Below are positions 1 to 11,183 of a stretch of 64,000 bases of DNA, piece by piece (the first letter of the stretch is position 1; each line of letters starts with the position of its first letter). The DNA is taken from NCBI GenBank assembly GCA_046483495.1, contig JAWODC010000064.1, positions 32,001 through 96,000 on the forward strand, in the 5' to 3' direction. This DNA comes from Desulfobacterales bacterium. GTDB taxonomy: Bacteria > Desulfobacterota > Desulfobacteria > Desulfobacterales > UBA5616. The notes under the pieces were generated by a model, which was not told where the DNA came from, did not search any database, and worked only from the letters and a program-made list of their open reading frames with translations. A program made the position numbers and the translations under genes.

Positions 1-70
1 CATTCGGCGCACCGGCAATCGCAATAAAGCCTGATTTGAAGTTTTGGACTCCGGAATTATGATTGTTCAT
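1..70 (-). CDS. era: GTPase Era, N-terminal fragment (runs off the window edge)
   Basis: Hand translation from ATG at 70: MNNHNSGVQNFKSGFIAIAGAPN, the typical Era N-terminus leading into the G1 motif; overlaps the engB stop; absent from the ORF track. Confidence 0.8.
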   Translation of the reverse strand, partial: MNNHNSGVQNFKSGFIAIAGAPN

Positions 71-680
71 GATGATCCTTTATTTTTTCATACTCGCCGA
101 CTGCCGCCGTTTCATCGATGCGGCGCCAAACGGCATCGGTTCCCAGGCGGCTCTTGGCAGAAAAGAGAATCACCTCGGCCGTGTGGGTGGAAAGGGTGCC
201 GGCGATTTGGGCAAGGCGTGCATTGGTCTTGTTTTTTGAAATTTTATCCGCCTTTGTGAGCACATGGATAACCGGAATACGGTAGCCGGCAAGCCAATGG
301 ATCACGTCCAGATCTTTGCGGTCCGGCATGCGCCGAATATCGAGTAATAAAACGACCCCTTTCAGATTTCCACGCGTTGTCAGGTACGTCTCAATCATGG
401 GGCCCCAGTTTTTTCGAACCGATGCCGGCACCTTTGCATACCCATACCCCGGCAAATCGACGAAACCGATTTGTTCATTGATGACGAAAAAATTGATCAA
501 TTGCGTTCTTCCCGGGACGGCACTGGTTTTTACCAGATGTCTTCGGTTGACAAGGGTGTTGATCAGGGATGATTTGCCCACATTCGAGCGGCCGATGAAG
601 GCGATTTCCGGATATGAATGAGCCGGGTACTGGGATGGTTTTACGGCGCTCTTGATAAATTCGGCGGATTTGACGATCAT
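57..680 (-). CDS. engB: Ribosome biogenesis GTP-binding protein YihA/YsxC
   Basis: GRSNVGKSS, DLPGYGY and TKADK motifs; start set at MIVKSAEF. Confidence 0.95.
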   Translation of the reverse strand: MIVKSAEFIKSAVKPSQYPAHSYPEIAFIGRSNVGKSSLINTLVNRRHLVKTSAVPGRTQLINFFVINEQIGFVDLPGYGYAKVPASVRKNWGPMIETYLTTRGNLKGVVLLLDIRRMPDRKDLDVIHWLAGYRIPVIHVLTKADKISKNKTNARLAQIAGTLSTHTAEVILFSAKSRLGTDAVWRRIDETAAVGEYEKIKDHHEQS

Positions 681-697
681 GGCTGGTTCGAACGTTT

Positions 698-1864
698 TCA
701 AGCCGATCGGCATGTCACTCTATCGGGAGAACGCAGATACGTCTCGAGCCGATTCATGCCTTCGGCGATGTTTTCCAGGGAGTTGGCATAAGAGAACCTC
801 AGGTATCCCTCCCCATTTTTCCCAAAATCGATGCCCGGCGTAACCCCGACATGGGCGTTTTCCAATATGTCAAACGCAAGCCGGTAAGAATCATGGTGAA
901 ACCGCCCGGCATTGGCGAATACGTAAAAGGCGCCCGTAGGGTCCACGGTAATGCCGAATCCCAGCTCTTTCAGACGCGCCAGCATCAATTTCCGGCGCTC
1001 ATTGTAAATCTGTTTCATTCGGGCCACATCATCTTGTGCGTATGTCAGAGCGGCTATACCGGCTGCCTGCATCATGGCATTGGCGCAGATGAAAAAGTTT
1101 TGCTGAATCTTTTGAATCGGTCGGATAAATTCCGCAGGCGCGATGACGTAACCCAACCGGAGGCCGGTCATGGCATAAAGTTTTGAAAAGCCGTTTAAAA
1201 CAAAAGCCTGATCCGTGTATTCAAGTATGGAATGCTCCTTTCCTTCATAAACAAGCCCGTGATAGATTTCATCCGAAACGATATAGGGAGGAAATCCGGC
1301 GATTTCACGCATCCTATCGGCTGAAAGAAGATTTCCCGTTGGATTTGAGGGTGAATTGATAAAAATGGCCCGTGTTTTTTGAGACAGTTTTTGTTTTATG
1401 GCCTCAGGCCGATATTGAAATCCGTCTTTTTCAAACACCGGCACCGTGACAGGCCGCCCATTTAAAAATTGAATAAAATTCGGATAGCAGGCGTAATGCG
1501 GATCGGAAATAATAACTTCGTCTCCGGGATCCAGGAGCACGGAAAGGGCCAGAAATATCGCAGGAGAAGTCCCCGACGTAATGACGACCCTGCCCGGATC
1601 GATGACCACCCCATATGTTCTTTGGTAGTAATCGCATATGGCCTCCCGAAGCTCGATCATCCCCAGACTATGCGTATAATGGGTGCGATTTTCCCTCAAC
1701 GCCCGGTCGGCGGCCTCCTTCACGCACTCCGGTGCATTAAAATCAGGCTCTCCCACTTCCAGGTGGATGATATCAACCCCGCGTCTTTCCATTTCATGCG
1801 CCTTTTCAAGGACATCCATGACGATAAAAGAAGTCATTTCGTTCATTCGGCGTGCTATCTTCAT
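698..1864 (-). CDS. PLP-dependent class I/II aminotransferase
   Basis: GEPDF, NSPSNPTG, SDEIY and GFSKLYAMTGLRLG motifs. Confidence 0.9.
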   Translation of the reverse strand: MKIARRMNEMTSFIVMDVLEKAHEMERRGVDIIHLEVGEPDFNAPECVKEAADRALRENRTHYTHSLGMIELREAICDYYQRTYGVVIDPGRVVITSGTSPAIFLALSVLLDPGDEVIISDPHYACYPNFIQFLNGRPVTVPVFEKDGFQYRPEAIKQKLSQKTRAIFINSPSNPTGNLLSADRMREIAGFPPYIVSDEIYHGLVYEGKEHSILEYTDQAFVLNGFSKLYAMTGLRLGYVIAPAEFIRPIQKIQQNFFICANAMMQAAGIAALTYAQDDVARMKQIYNERRKLMLARLKELGFGITVDPTGAFYVFANAGRFHHDSYRLAFDILENAHVGVTPGIDFGKNGEGYLRFSYANSLENIAEGMNRLETYLRSPDRVTCRSA

Positions 1865-1881
1865 ACGGGATTCCAAAGCGA

Positions 1882-2757
1882 TTAAATGACCTTGTTCAGA
1901 GGGTATTCAATGACACCTTCCGCCCCAATGTTCAGCAGCTTGGGAATGAGACCCCGTACAACGTCCGAACTGATCACGGTTTCAACGGAAAACCAGTTTT
2001 TCTGATACAGCGGTGAAACCGTGGGAGCATTCAGGCTGGGCAACAGATCGACCACCTTTTCCAGTGCGCCTTCCGGCACATTCATTTTCAGCCCCACCAT
2101 CTTTTCTCCCAAAAGGGCTCCTTTGAGCAGCAGGGCCATTTGTTCGATCTTTTGCCGTTTAAACGGGTTATTCCAGGCATTGTGATTTGCGATCAACTGG
2201 GTATTGGTCTGCATTAACTCATGTATAATTTTAAGACCATGCGCTTTTATCGTGCTCCCGGTCTCCGTCACTTCCACGACAGCATCCGCCAACCCTGATA
2301 CCACTTTGGCCTCGGTCGCCCCCCAGGAAAATTCCACCGACACATCAATGTTTCGGGACGCAAAATAGGCTTTTGTGAATTCGACCAACTCGGTCGCGAT
2401 TTTCTTTCCCTCGAGGTCATCGAGCGTTCTGACGGAAGAATCATAGGGAACGGCCAGTACCCACCTGGCGGGCTTTGCGCTTGTCTTCGAATACACCAGA
2501 TCACAAACCACATGGACATCCGACCGATTTTCAGCAATCCAATCCCTTCCGGTCAGGCCCGCATCCAATGTGCCGTTTTCAACATAACGCGACATCTCCT
2601 GAGCCCGGCAGATGGCGCATTCGATGGTCTCATCGTTTATTTCAGGAAAATAACTTCTTCCATTGACGTTGATCTTCCAACCGGACCGTCTGAACAATTC
2701 GATGGTCGCATCTTGCAGGCTTCCTTTGGGGATGCCGAGTTTGAGCGTATTCTCCAT
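1882..2757 (-). CDS. hisG: ATP phosphoribosyltransferase (long form)
   Basis: [12 protein letters not shown] and VETG-like motifs, C-terminal regulatory domain (APTVSPL). Confidence 0.95.
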   Translation of the reverse strand: MENTLKLGIPKGSLQDATIELFRRSGWKINVNGRSYFPEINDETIECAICRAQEMSRYVENGTLDAGLTGRDWIAENRSDVHVVCDLVYSKTSAKPARWVLAVPYDSSVRTLDDLEGKKIATELVEFTKAYFASRNIDVSVEFSWGATEAKVVSGLADAVVEVTETGSTIKAHGLKIIHELMQTNTQLIANHNAWNNPFKRQKIEQMALLLKGALLGEKMVGLKMNVPEGALEKVVDLLPSLNAPTVSPLYQKNWFSVETVISSDVVRGLIPKLLNIGAEGVIEYPLNKVI

Positions 2758-3131
2758 TACCTGTATACCTCCTTGGGATCAAAGTGTTTGATGCCGTCCA
2801 CCGTAACGGCATTACCGTCCACCCGGTTAAAAAAACAACTTTGATATCCCTTATGGCAGGCCGCCTTGCCGATCTGTTCGACTTTCAATAGAACGGTGTC
2901 CCTATCGCAATCGATGCGAATTTCTTTTACCTGCTGCACATTCCCGGACGTTTCCCCTTTGATCCACAGCTTCTTTCGGCTGCGGCTGTAATAGGTGGCC
3001 TTTTTCGTATTCAGTGTAGCTTCCCATGCCTCGCGGTTCATGAAAGCCAGCATCAGCACTTCTCCGGTCTCATGGTCCTGAACGATAGCCGGTATCAAAC
3101 CGCCGGTTTTTTCAAAATCGAGTTCGATCAT
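2757..3131 (-). CDS. hisI: Phosphoribosyl-AMP cyclohydrolase
   Basis: [21 protein letters not shown] and [10 protein letters not shown] motifs. Confidence 0.95.
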   Translation of the reverse strand: MIELDFEKTGGLIPAIVQDHETGEVLMLAFMNREAWEATLNTKKATYYSRSRKKLWIKGETSGNVQQVKEIRIDCDRDTVLLKVEQIGKAACHKGYQSCFFNRVDGNAVTVDGIKHFDPKEVYR

Positions 3132-3321
3132 GATCTTCCCTTTTATCGAATGCACGAATATACGCCGTCAATCTTCGTAGCAAAACCCTAAAAACTTTAA
3201 TTCCTACCATAACTTCATAGAAAGTCAATTCAATTTTATCTCTTGATTGTTGCCTTAAAAATTGCTTAGATGCGTCAAACATTGCCAATAATGACTCAAT
3301 GATTCAAGGATTTCGGTTTTT

Positions 3322-5730
3322 ATGAAAATCAGAAAAAAAAGAACCTCCCAAATTCTAAAGAAAAGAGCAAAGAAACAAAATAAAAGCGTCCAGCGAAGGC
3401 TTTTTGGATGGGTATTAGCCGGGATTTTCATCGCCGTAATCACTGGAGCAGCGGTTCTCTTCGGCCTGTTTTTCTTTCTAAGCCGGGATTTGCCTAAAAT
3501 TTCAACCCTGGCGGATTATCGACCCCCCATTATCACCACGGTGTACTCGGATGATGGGCGGAAAATCGGAGAATTTTACCGGGAAAGGCGAATCGTCGTC
3601 CCGCTTGAAGGAATACCCGAGATGTTGAAGCAGGCATTCGTCGCCGCAGAAGATGCCCGATTCTATCACCATCAGGGGGTGGATATCATCAGTATCATCA
3701 GGGCCTTCATTAAAAATCTGGAGGCGGGGGCGATCGTTCAAGGCGGCAGCACCATTACGCAACAGGTCACGAAATCGTTTTTCCTGACGCCGGAACGGAG
3801 TTATACCCGTAAAATCAAAGAAGCGATTCTCGCCTACCGGATTGACCAGGGGTTTTCCAAAGATGAAATTTTGTTTTTGTATTTAAACCAGATTTACCTG
3901 GGACACGGTGCATACGGCGTAGAGGCGGCCGCACAAAATTATTTCGGAAAATCGGTGAAAGCGTTGAGCTTGGCTGAATGCGCCCTGCTCGCCGGTCTGC
4001 CCCAGGCGCCGAGCAAATATTCCCCTTTCAGAAACCCGGAAATGGCCAAACAGCGGCAGATTTACGTACTCAATCGTATGGTCGCCGAGGGATACATCAC
4101 GAATATTCAGGCAACGGAAGCGATCAATGAAGAAACGGACATCAAGCCCAGGCGAAACTGGTTTATTGAATCGGTGCCGTATTTCACGGAATATGTTCGG
4201 CAGTATATCCAAAAAAAATACGGTTCCTATTCGCTATACAATGACGGCCTGAAGGTATACACCACTGTCAATATCGAAATGCAGCAAGCTGCCAAGCGCC
4301 AAGTCCAAAAGGGACTTGCCCGATTGGACAAGCGCCGGGGATACAGGCGACCATTGCAACACCTGGAGATGGCGGAAATTGAAACGTATTCCGAAAACCT
4401 GAAAGAAACGGTCAATGACTCGACCGTGGAAAAAGGGCAAATCGTTGAAGGTGTCATAATCGATATCGATGATGAGGAAAATTTCGCCGTCGTTCGAATG
4501 GCGGAGATGCGCGGCATTCTGAAACTTTCAGATATGAATTGGGCAAGGAAACCGGACCCGGAAAAAGCGACATACGAAGACCCTGTTCGGCAAATAGGGC
4601 ATGTATTGACAGTGGGAGATGTCGTTAATGTCAGACTGAAAGAAAAAAATCCGGATAACGGTACGTGGGAACTTTCACTGGAACAAACCCCGGAAGTTCA
4701 GGCGGCGCTGCTCTGTATCGAAGCGGAAACCGGCCATGTCAAAACCATGGTTGGAGGACGCGACTACAATGAAAGCCAATTTAACCGCGCAATTCAATCA
4801 CGGCGCCAACCGGGCTCCGCATTTAAGCCGATCATTTATGCAGCGGCCCTGGACAGGGGGTATACACCGGCCACGATGCTCATCGACTCCCCTATCGTCT
4901 ATCATAATGAAGCCGAAGATTCAAAATGGAAGCCGAAAAATTACGAAGAAACGTTTCACGGCCCCACGCTTTTACGTAAGGCATTCGCCGAATCCGTCAA
5001 TGTTGTCACAATAAAGCTTCTCCAGGATATCGGAATTGACTATGTAATCGATTACGCCCGGCTGTTGGGGATTTCTTCCGAGATCGAACGGGACCTTTCC
5101 ATTGCCTTGGGTTCTTCGGGTATTTCCCTGCTGGAGATGGTGCAGGCCTATTCCGTCTTCGCCAACCAGGGCTACCGCATCGAACCGGCATTTGTAACAA
5201 AAGTGGTCGATCGTGACGGCAATGTCCTCGAGGAGAACATGCCGAAAAAGGAGCGGGTGATCGAGTCGAGCACGGCCTACATTATGACCAGCCTCATGGA
5301 AAGTGTCGTCAATCATGGTACGGGCAGGCGGGTTCGCGCACTGAACCGTCCGGTAGCCGGTAAAACCGGAACGACCAACAATTTATACGATGCGTGGTTT
5401 GTCGGTTATACCCCGCGGTATATTACCGGGACCTGGGTGGGATTCGATGAAGAAAAGCCCTTGGGAAAGCATGAAACCGGCGCTCGGGCGGCCTCCCCCA
5501 TTTGGCTGGGTTTTATGCAAACCGTTTTGAAAGATCTGCCTGTGCGGGTTTTTCAGGTCCCCGACGGTGTTGTTTTTTCCAAAATAGACGCCGAAACCGG
5601 CCTGCTTCCGATCCCGGAATCGGAGAGCACCCTGTTTGAATGCTTTAAGGAGGGCACTGTCCCGACAGAATATACGCCCAAACCCGATACGATATCCGCA
5701 CCGGATGATTTTTTCAAATCCGGACTCTGA
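3322..5730 (+). CDS. mrcA: Class A penicillin-binding protein 1A
   Basis: N-terminal TM, transglycosylase EDARFY and GGSTITQQ, transpeptidase SAFK, SVN and KTG motifs. Confidence 0.92.
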   Translation: MKIRKKRTSQILKKRAKKQNKSVQRRLFGWVLAGIFIAVITGAAVLFGLFFFLSRDLPKISTLADYRPPIITTVYSDDGRKIGEFYRERRIVVPLEGIPEMLKQAFVAAEDARFYHHQGVDIISIIRAFIKNLEAGAIVQGGSTITQQVTKSFFLTPERSYTRKIKEAILAYRIDQGFSKDEILFLYLNQIYLGHGAYGVEAAAQNYFGKSVKALSLAECALLAGLPQAPSKYSPFRNPEMAKQRQIYVLNRMVAEGYITNIQATEAINEETDIKPRRNWFIESVPYFTEYVRQYIQKKYGSYSLYNDGLKVYTTVNIEMQQAAKRQVQKGLARLDKRRGYRRPLQHLEMAEIETYSENLKETVNDSTVEKGQIVEGVIIDIDDEENFAVVRMAEMRGILKLSDMNWARKPDPEKATYEDPVRQIGHVLTVGDVVNVRLKEKNPDNGTWELSLEQTPEVQAALLCIEAETGHVKTMVGGRDYNESQFNRAIQSRRQPGSAFKPIIYAAALDRGYTPATMLIDSPIVYHNEAEDSKWKPKNYEETFHGPTLLRKAFAESVNVVTIKLLQDIGIDYVIDYARLLGISSEIERDLSIALGSSGISLLEMVQAYSVFANQGYRIEPAFVTKVVDRDGNVLEENMPKKERVIESSTAYIMTSLMESVVNHGTGRRVRALNRPVAGKTGTTNNLYDAWFVGYTPRYITGTWVGFDEEKPLGKHETGARAASPIWLGFMQTVLKDLPVRVFQVPDGVVFSKIDAETGLLPIPESESTLFECFKEGTVPTEYTPKPDTISAPDDFFKSGL

Positions 5731-6745
5731 CACGATTAACCCATAACGTGTTCCTATCGATATGATCATCCGGGATGACCCGGACCGACCCCGGCCCGAA
5801 CCGACGCATCAGAATGGCAATATTTCGGTTGTTGAGGCCCCGAATCTTGGAAATGTTACTCGGGTTCGAACGGATAGTGAGATCGGCCGGACCTGTCTTG
5901 TTGTGCACCACTTCCAGGATACGGTCCAAAAACATTTCGGAGTAAACCAGGTGACCGAATGACGGATGATAAGGTCCGGCAATGAGAACGCCTTCTTTTT
6001 GCATTTCCGGCGTCGGCTGCAGACCCATTCGGATTACCGGGATATCGTTTTCTTTAAGTGAAGTGTAAATGCCCTTTACCCGGGAAACGCTCTCTTCAAG
6101 AGAAAGCGGGGTATATCGGCCGTTTTTGTACCACCGGGCCAGCAGACTGCGGGAAAAGACCAATGTCGGATAAATACGGACGAAATCCGGACGAAGGCTG
6201 ATGACCGCCTTCAACGTTTTTTCCAATCGAGGTTCATCATCACCCGGAAGCCCCACCATGATTTGTAGGCCCACATTCAAGCCTTGCCGTCTCAAAAGAT
6301 GAACGGCTGATACCGTGTCGGAGGGTGTATGGCCCCTGCCGGAGATTCGAAGCACTTCGTCGTCCATGGACTGGGCACCGATCTCGACGGTTGAAAACGG
6401 GTATGGTGCAATTAGTGCGAGACGGCTTTCACGGACGGTATCCGGGCGGGTGGAACATCGTATGCCGTGGACGGCCCCCGTTTTCGTAAAAGGAGCGACT
6501 GTTTCGAGCAGAAAGTGAATGGTCTGTTCCGGAAGACCCAGGAAATTGCCGCCGAAAAACGCAATTTGGGTTTCGGCTCTAAAACCGGGTCTGCCCGCAA
6601 GATGCCGGTGTATGGTTTGAAAAATGTCCGCTTTGGTCGGAAGCGTCCGGGCAATCCCTGTGATATGATGCTGATTGCAGAATACGCAATTGTGGGGGCA
6701 ACCGGCCTGGGGAATGAATATCGGTATAATATACGGTTTTTTCAC
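5714..6745 (-). CDS. Elp3/YhcC-like radical SAM protein
   Basis: CPHNCVFC motif, STRPD, GPYHP; coupled to rnc. Confidence 0.88.
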   Translation of the reverse strand: MKKPYIIPIFIPQAGCPHNCVFCNQHHITGIARTLPTKADIFQTIHRHLAGRPGFRAETQIAFFGGNFLGLPEQTIHFLLETVAPFTKTGAVHGIRCSTRPDTVRESRLALIAPYPFSTVEIGAQSMDDEVLRISGRGHTPSDTVSAVHLLRRQGLNVGLQIMVGLPGDDEPRLEKTLKAVISLRPDFVRIYPTLVFSRSLLARWYKNGRYTPLSLEESVSRVKGIYTSLKENDIPVIRMGLQPTPEMQKEGVLIAGPYHPSFGHLVYSEMFLDRILEVVHNKTGPADLTIRSNPSNISKIRGLNNRNIAILMRRFGPGSVRVIPDDHIDRNTLWVNRVRVRI

Positions 6746-7449
6746 CTTTTCTGCAGGCTTGCTTTCAGAGCCTTATAAGCGTTCTTGGCGGCTTCCTGTT
6801 CCGCTCCTTTTTTGCTTTTACCCGAACCGGCCGCAGTGATATCATTGAATACGAGTTCTGCTGTGAATGTTTTATCATGATCCGGACCGGTTTCCCTGAT
6901 GATCGTATATTCCGGCATCGAAATCTGGTGAAGCTGTACAAACTCCTGTAAACGGCTTTTATAATCGATGTTGGGGTTGATTTCGTCAATATAAGCGAAC
7001 GTGTCCACAAAAAGCCGTTCGACCAGTTCAAATGCCACCCGGTACCCGCCGTCGAGATATACGGCGGCAATGAGCGCTTCTAAAGCATCCGCCAGAATAG
7101 AGGGCTTGTTGCTCCCGTCGGACATCATCTCGCCCTTGCCGAGCTGAATGAACTCGCCAAGATGAATGTCTCGCGAAATTTCCGCAAGCCGGCTTTCATT
7201 CACCAGGCTCGCCCGCATTTTCGAAAGCTTTCCTTCGTTTACCTGAGGATACCGGAGCATGAGTAAATGGCCGATGACAAGATTTAAAACAGCGTCCCCT
7301 AAAAATTCCAAACGCTCATTGCTTTTCAGCATTTTGTCATTCTGTTCGTTGACATATGAGCTGTGGCGAAAGGCTTCTTCCAACAGCGAAACATCAGTGA
7401 ACCTATGCCCGATAATCTCTGATATATTCACGCTTGTGGTGCTTTCCAT
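6742..7449 (-). CDS. rnc: Ribonuclease III
   Basis: NERLEFLGDAVL signature plus dsRBD (KSRLQE...AEQEAA); start approximate. Confidence 0.96.
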   Translation of the reverse strand: MESTTSVNISEIIGHRFTDVSLLEEAFRHSSYVNEQNDKMLKSNERLEFLGDAVLNLVIGHLLMLRYPQVNEGKLSKMRASLVNESRLAEISRDIHLGEFIQLGKGEMMSDGSNKPSILADALEALIAAVYLDGGYRVAFELVERLFVDTFAYIDEINPNIDYKSRLQEFVQLHQISMPEYTIIRETGPDHDKTFTAELVFNDITAAGSGKSKKGAEQEAAKNAYKALKASLQKR

Positions 7450-8366
7450 CGATTTCCTGTCAAGCGGCGACTCCGCTCGGGCAGACCCCGGCACATCCGG
7501 CATGCCGCTGCCAATTTTTCATAGATTTCGTAGGGAACCACCAGGTCTCCTTTCCCCTTTCCCATTTGAATATCGGGGGTCAATGTACCGTGAAAGTCCG
7601 TGCCCCCGGTCATCAACAGGTTGTTGCGCCGGGCGATATCAGCCAAAAAGTCTGTCATATCGGGGGAATGCCCTGAATAAAAGACCTCTATACCCATCAA
7701 GCCCATATCCTTTAAAACCGGTATCATGTTTTCAAGAACGGCCGGGTTGTCCGGATGTATAAGAAAGGGATGCGCAAGTACGGGGATACCGCCGGAAATC
7801 CGAATCAGACGAATAGCCTCGGCACTCGAAATGCGGTATTTGTCCACATAGGCGGGTCTGCCTCGACTGAGATATTTGTCAAACGCCTCATTGATCGATG
7901 TAACAAAATTGCGCTTCACGAGCCATTCGGCAATTTGTGGGCGGCCGACCTGATCCTGTACCGAATGGGATAAAACGTCCTCAAGGGTGATGTCGAAATT
8001 CAATGCCCTGAGCTTTTCGATTATTTGAGGATTGCGGTTTTTACGGGCATCTCCGAGCTTTCGGAGGATTTGAATCAGATATGGGTTTTCCGGATCGATG
8101 CAGTAGCCCAGGATATGGCAACTCTCTGCTGCTTCGAATACCGGTGCCATATCAGCACTGATTTCAACACCGGTCAAGAACCCGATGCGTTTTGAAATTC
8201 CGGAATTCTGAGCTTCGATAACACCGGAAACGGTATCGTGGTCGGTTATGGAAATCGCCTTGAGGCCTATTTTTTCAGCATGGTATAAAACTTCAACCGG
8301 TGAAAAGGTCCCATCCGAAGCGGTGGTGTGAATGTGCAGATCAACTGCCGGCTGATTACAATCCAA
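7428..8366 (-). CDS. PHP-domain phosphoesterase
   Basis: DLHIHTTASDG, ITDHD, LAHP and GGTDFHG motifs; probable TTG start overlapping the dksA end. Confidence 0.88.
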   Translation of the reverse strand: MDCNQPAVDLHIHTTASDGTFSPVEVLYHAEKIGLKAISITDHDTVSGVIEAQNSGISKRIGFLTGVEISADMAPVFEAAESCHILGYCIDPENPYLIQILRKLGDARKNRNPQIIEKLRALNFDITLEDVLSHSVQDQVGRPQIAEWLVKRNFVTSINEAFDKYLSRGRPAYVDKYRISSAEAIRLIRISGGIPVLAHPFLIHPDNPAVLENMIPVLKDMGLMGIEVFYSGHSPDMTDFLADIARRNNLLMTGGTDFHGTLTPDIQMGKGKGDLVVPYEIYEKLAAACRMCRGLPERSRRLTGNRWKAPQA

Positions 8367-8718
8367 GGGCCTTTTCCATAGCCTCCTCTTTGGTTTTGCA
8401 CTCAATGCACTGCGTTGTCACAGGCCGTGCCTTCAGGCGCTTTATGGAAATATCCCCCCCGCATGTCTCACAAATGCCGAAAGTATCGTTTTCAATCCTT
8501 TCCAGGGCCTTTTTGATTTTTCGAATCAATTTGCTCTCCCTGTCTCTGATGCGAAGCATGAAGTTTCTGTCCGCTTCCAGGGAGGCACGGTCCGTCGGGT
8601 CAGGGAAATTTTCCTTCTGGGACGTCATGCCCACGACGGTGTCGTCCGCTTGATTCAGCAGCTCTTCCAATCGATTTGTCAGCAGTTCTTTGAAATATTC
8701 GATATCTTTCTGTTTCAT
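8356..8718 (-). CDS. dksA: RNA polymerase-binding protein DksA
   Basis: DPTDRA coiled-coil tip and CETC...CIEC zinc finger. Confidence 0.95.
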   Translation of the reverse strand: MKQKDIEYFKELLTNRLEELLNQADDTVVGMTSQKENFPDPTDRASLEADRNFMLRIRDRESKLIRKIKKALERIENDTFGICETCGGDISIKRLKARPVTTQCIECKTKEEAMEKALGL

Positions 8719-8951
8719 ATACGTGACCCTTTTTGCTTCAGGACTAACATAAATAGAAATTCTGATAAATAACACAAGTATATGTTAATGTAAAGCATCA
8801 ATTCAAATTTTTACCATTCAAGGGTAAACAAGTGCTCTATTTTTTATTGTCACATGAATACGAACAGGACGCCGTTTTTAAGAAAGTAGACGAAGACACT
8901 GTTCATGGATAAGAATCCCATCATTGGAACCGAATCTGAATAACCCGCCGT

Positions 8952-10223
8952 TTAAAAAGAATCAAGGTTGAAAAGCTTTCGAACGATATCCAGATATATG
9001 GACATATTGCGATGTGTTCCGGGGTTTTTTAACAGCATCGTCGGATCATGGAGAATTTTTTTTACGAGGGCGTTTACCATTCGATCCAAGGCCCGGCAAT
9101 CTTCCGGTGAAAGATGGTCCATGGAATGGAGGGTCTTTTCAAGTTCGGTATTTGCGATATTTTCTATCTTTTTTCGAAGCTCGACAATTGTGGGCACGAC
9201 CGACAATCCTTGAAACCATTTTCTGAATTGAATCACTGCTTCATCGACAATCCTTTCCCCCTTTTTGGCTTCATTCTGCCGATCCTGAAGATTTTCATTA
9301 ATTACCCCTTTTAGGTCGTCGATATCGTATACATAGGCATTGTCAATACGGTTTATACCGGGATCGATATTTCTGGGAACAGCAATATCGATAAAAAAAA
9401 TGGGGCGATTTCTCCGTCCCCGCATCAGTTTTTTGACGTCCGTCCGGTTTACGATATAATCCGTTGAAGCGGTGGAAGCGATCACGATGTCCGCGGGTTT
9501 CAGGCAATCGTGAACCTCCTCGAATGAGACGGCCTGACCGTTAAACCGCTTGGATAAATCCAACGCCCGCTCAAATGTTCTGTTTGCGATTTTAACCGCT
9601 CCGATCTTTTGCCGTGCGAGATGGCTCAGCGCCAGTTCGGCCATTTCGCCGGCCCCGATGAGCAGAACGTATTTGCCTTCCAGCGAACCAAAAATTTTTT
9701 TGCCCAGCTCGATAGCGGCGTAACTGATGGAAACCGCATGATCGCCGATGCCCGTCTCGGTCCGAATGCGTTTGGCAACCGAAAATGTTTTATGTAAAAG
9801 CCGGTTCAGAACGACCCCTGAGGTTTTCTTTGCCGTAGCGGAACGATAGGCCTCTTTTAATTGACCCAATATCTGCGGCTCACCCAGCATCATGGAATCC
9901 AGGCTTGCGGCGACCCGGAATACATGCCGAACGGCCGAATCACCCCTGTAAATATAAAGGCTTGCAACAAATCGCTCTTTATGAATGTTTTTCGATGTGG
10001 AAATAAACGTGACAACCTCTTCTACGGCGGAATCGGGTTCTTGAGAGGACAGCACAATTTCAACGCGGTTGCAGGTTGAAAGCAGCAGCACCTCATCGAT
10101 ATGCGGGCTTTCTATCAGCGCACCGATCCCTTTCACTGTTTCTTCAGGGGAAAACGCAATGCATTCCCTCGTTTCAACAAGTGCGGTTTTGTGATTTAAT
10201 CCAATAACAATAATTTCCTGCAT
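8952..10223 (-). CDS. hemA: Glutamyl-tRNA reductase
   Basis: STCNRVE, GEPQILGQ, GAGEM and DIAVPR motifs. Confidence 0.97.
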   Translation of the reverse strand: MQEIIVIGLNHKTALVETRECIAFSPEETVKGIGALIESPHIDEVLLLSTCNRVEIVLSSQEPDSAVEEVVTFISTSKNIHKERFVASLYIYRGDSAVRHVFRVAASLDSMMLGEPQILGQLKEAYRSATAKKTSGVVLNRLLHKTFSVAKRIRTETGIGDHAVSISYAAIELGKKIFGSLEGKYVLLIGAGEMAELALSHLARQKIGAVKIANRTFERALDLSKRFNGQAVSFEEVHDCLKPADIVIASTASTDYIVNRTDVKKLMRGRRNRPIFFIDIAVPRNIDPGINRIDNAYVYDIDDLKGVINENLQDRQNEAKKGERIVDEAVIQFRKWFQGLSVVPTIVELRKKIENIANTELEKTLHSMDHLSPEDCRALDRMVNALVKKILHDPTMLLKNPGTHRNMSIYLDIVRKLFNLDSF

Positions 10224-10240
10224 CGTTTTTCACTGAATTT

Positions 10241-11065
10241 CTACCATCGAGTAAATTCCTGGTGATGACCGTGAAGAAGGAAATTTACACCGAAAAACGT
10301 GAATAAAACAGCGGCAAACCCGATAATGGCAAGGATGGCGGATCGCCGCCCCCGCCAGCCGATCGTCAGTCGCTGATGTAGAAGTGCGGCATAAATCAAC
10401 CATGTAATAGCGGACCACACTTCTTTGGGATCCCAGCTCCAAAGACTCCCCCAAAGATGCCTGGCATACACGAATCCGGTAATCAATCCCAATGTCAATA
10501 GAATAAATCCAACGGCGATACAGGCATAGCCGGTCATATCCAACATTTCCAGGGGCGGCAGGCGCTTATACGAAAAGCCGAGTGTCTTGGATTTGATGGC
10601 ATGCTCCTGAACCAGGTATAAAATCCCTATACCGCAGGCCAGCGCAAAAAATGCCTCTCCCAAAAATACGCCTGCGATGTGAATCACGAACCATATGTTG
10701 TCGAAAATGGATTTCGTCTGTGCCGGCTCACCGGAAAACCGGGAGGCCGGAATCATAATGAGGGCCGCCAGCGGCGCCGCATATATCCCAAGTATTTTCA
10801 AGCGATAACGATATTGAATCCAAAGGAAAACACCCACAACCGCCCAGGATGCGATAAGCAGCGTCTGGTTCAAATTGTTGACCGGAATGTGGCCGATTGC
10901 TACAGTGCCCACTCCAATGGCGGCGGTATGGCATACGAATCCCACGGCGAGCATGCCCAACCCGAATTTCTGCATGATTCCCTTTTGGAATAACAGGTAG
11001 GCGAAATACCCGGCTGTCCCCATTACGTAAAATAATATGGTAAATTCAGCCAGCGTCTGCATCAT
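10241..11065 (-). CDS. ccsA: Cytochrome c biogenesis protein CcsA/HemX family
   Basis: Multi-TM protein with WGSLWSWDPKE (WWD) motif, adjacent to hemA. Confidence 0.88.
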   Translation of the reverse strand: MMQTLAEFTILFYVMGTAGYFAYLLFQKGIMQKFGLGMLAVGFVCHTAAIGVGTVAIGHIPVNNLNQTLLIASWAVVGVFLWIQYRYRLKILGIYAAPLAALIMIPASRFSGEPAQTKSIFDNIWFVIHIAGVFLGEAFFALACGIGILYLVQEHAIKSKTLGFSYKRLPPLEMLDMTGYACIAVGFILLTLGLITGFVYARHLWGSLWSWDPKEVWSAITWLIYAALLHQRLTIGWRGRRSAILAIIGFAAVLFTFFGVNFLLHGHHQEFTRW

Positions 11066-11102
11066 GTTTCCGTTTCTTTCATCGTCGATTCCGGCTTGTA
11101 TT

Positions 11103-11175
11103 TAGTGCCCATCCGGAAATGAGAAAATTCGATTCCGTTCAAGGCGCCCGGTAAATTTTAACCACAGGAATACAT
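11103..11175 (+). repeat. Left-half copy of the ~146-bp palindromic repeat family
   Basis: TA-GTGCCCATCCGGAAAT terminus followed by TCAAGGC and ACCACAGGAATA motifs; 23 bp identical to 52020-52042. Confidence 0.75.
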
Positions 11176-11183
11176 TAAATTAA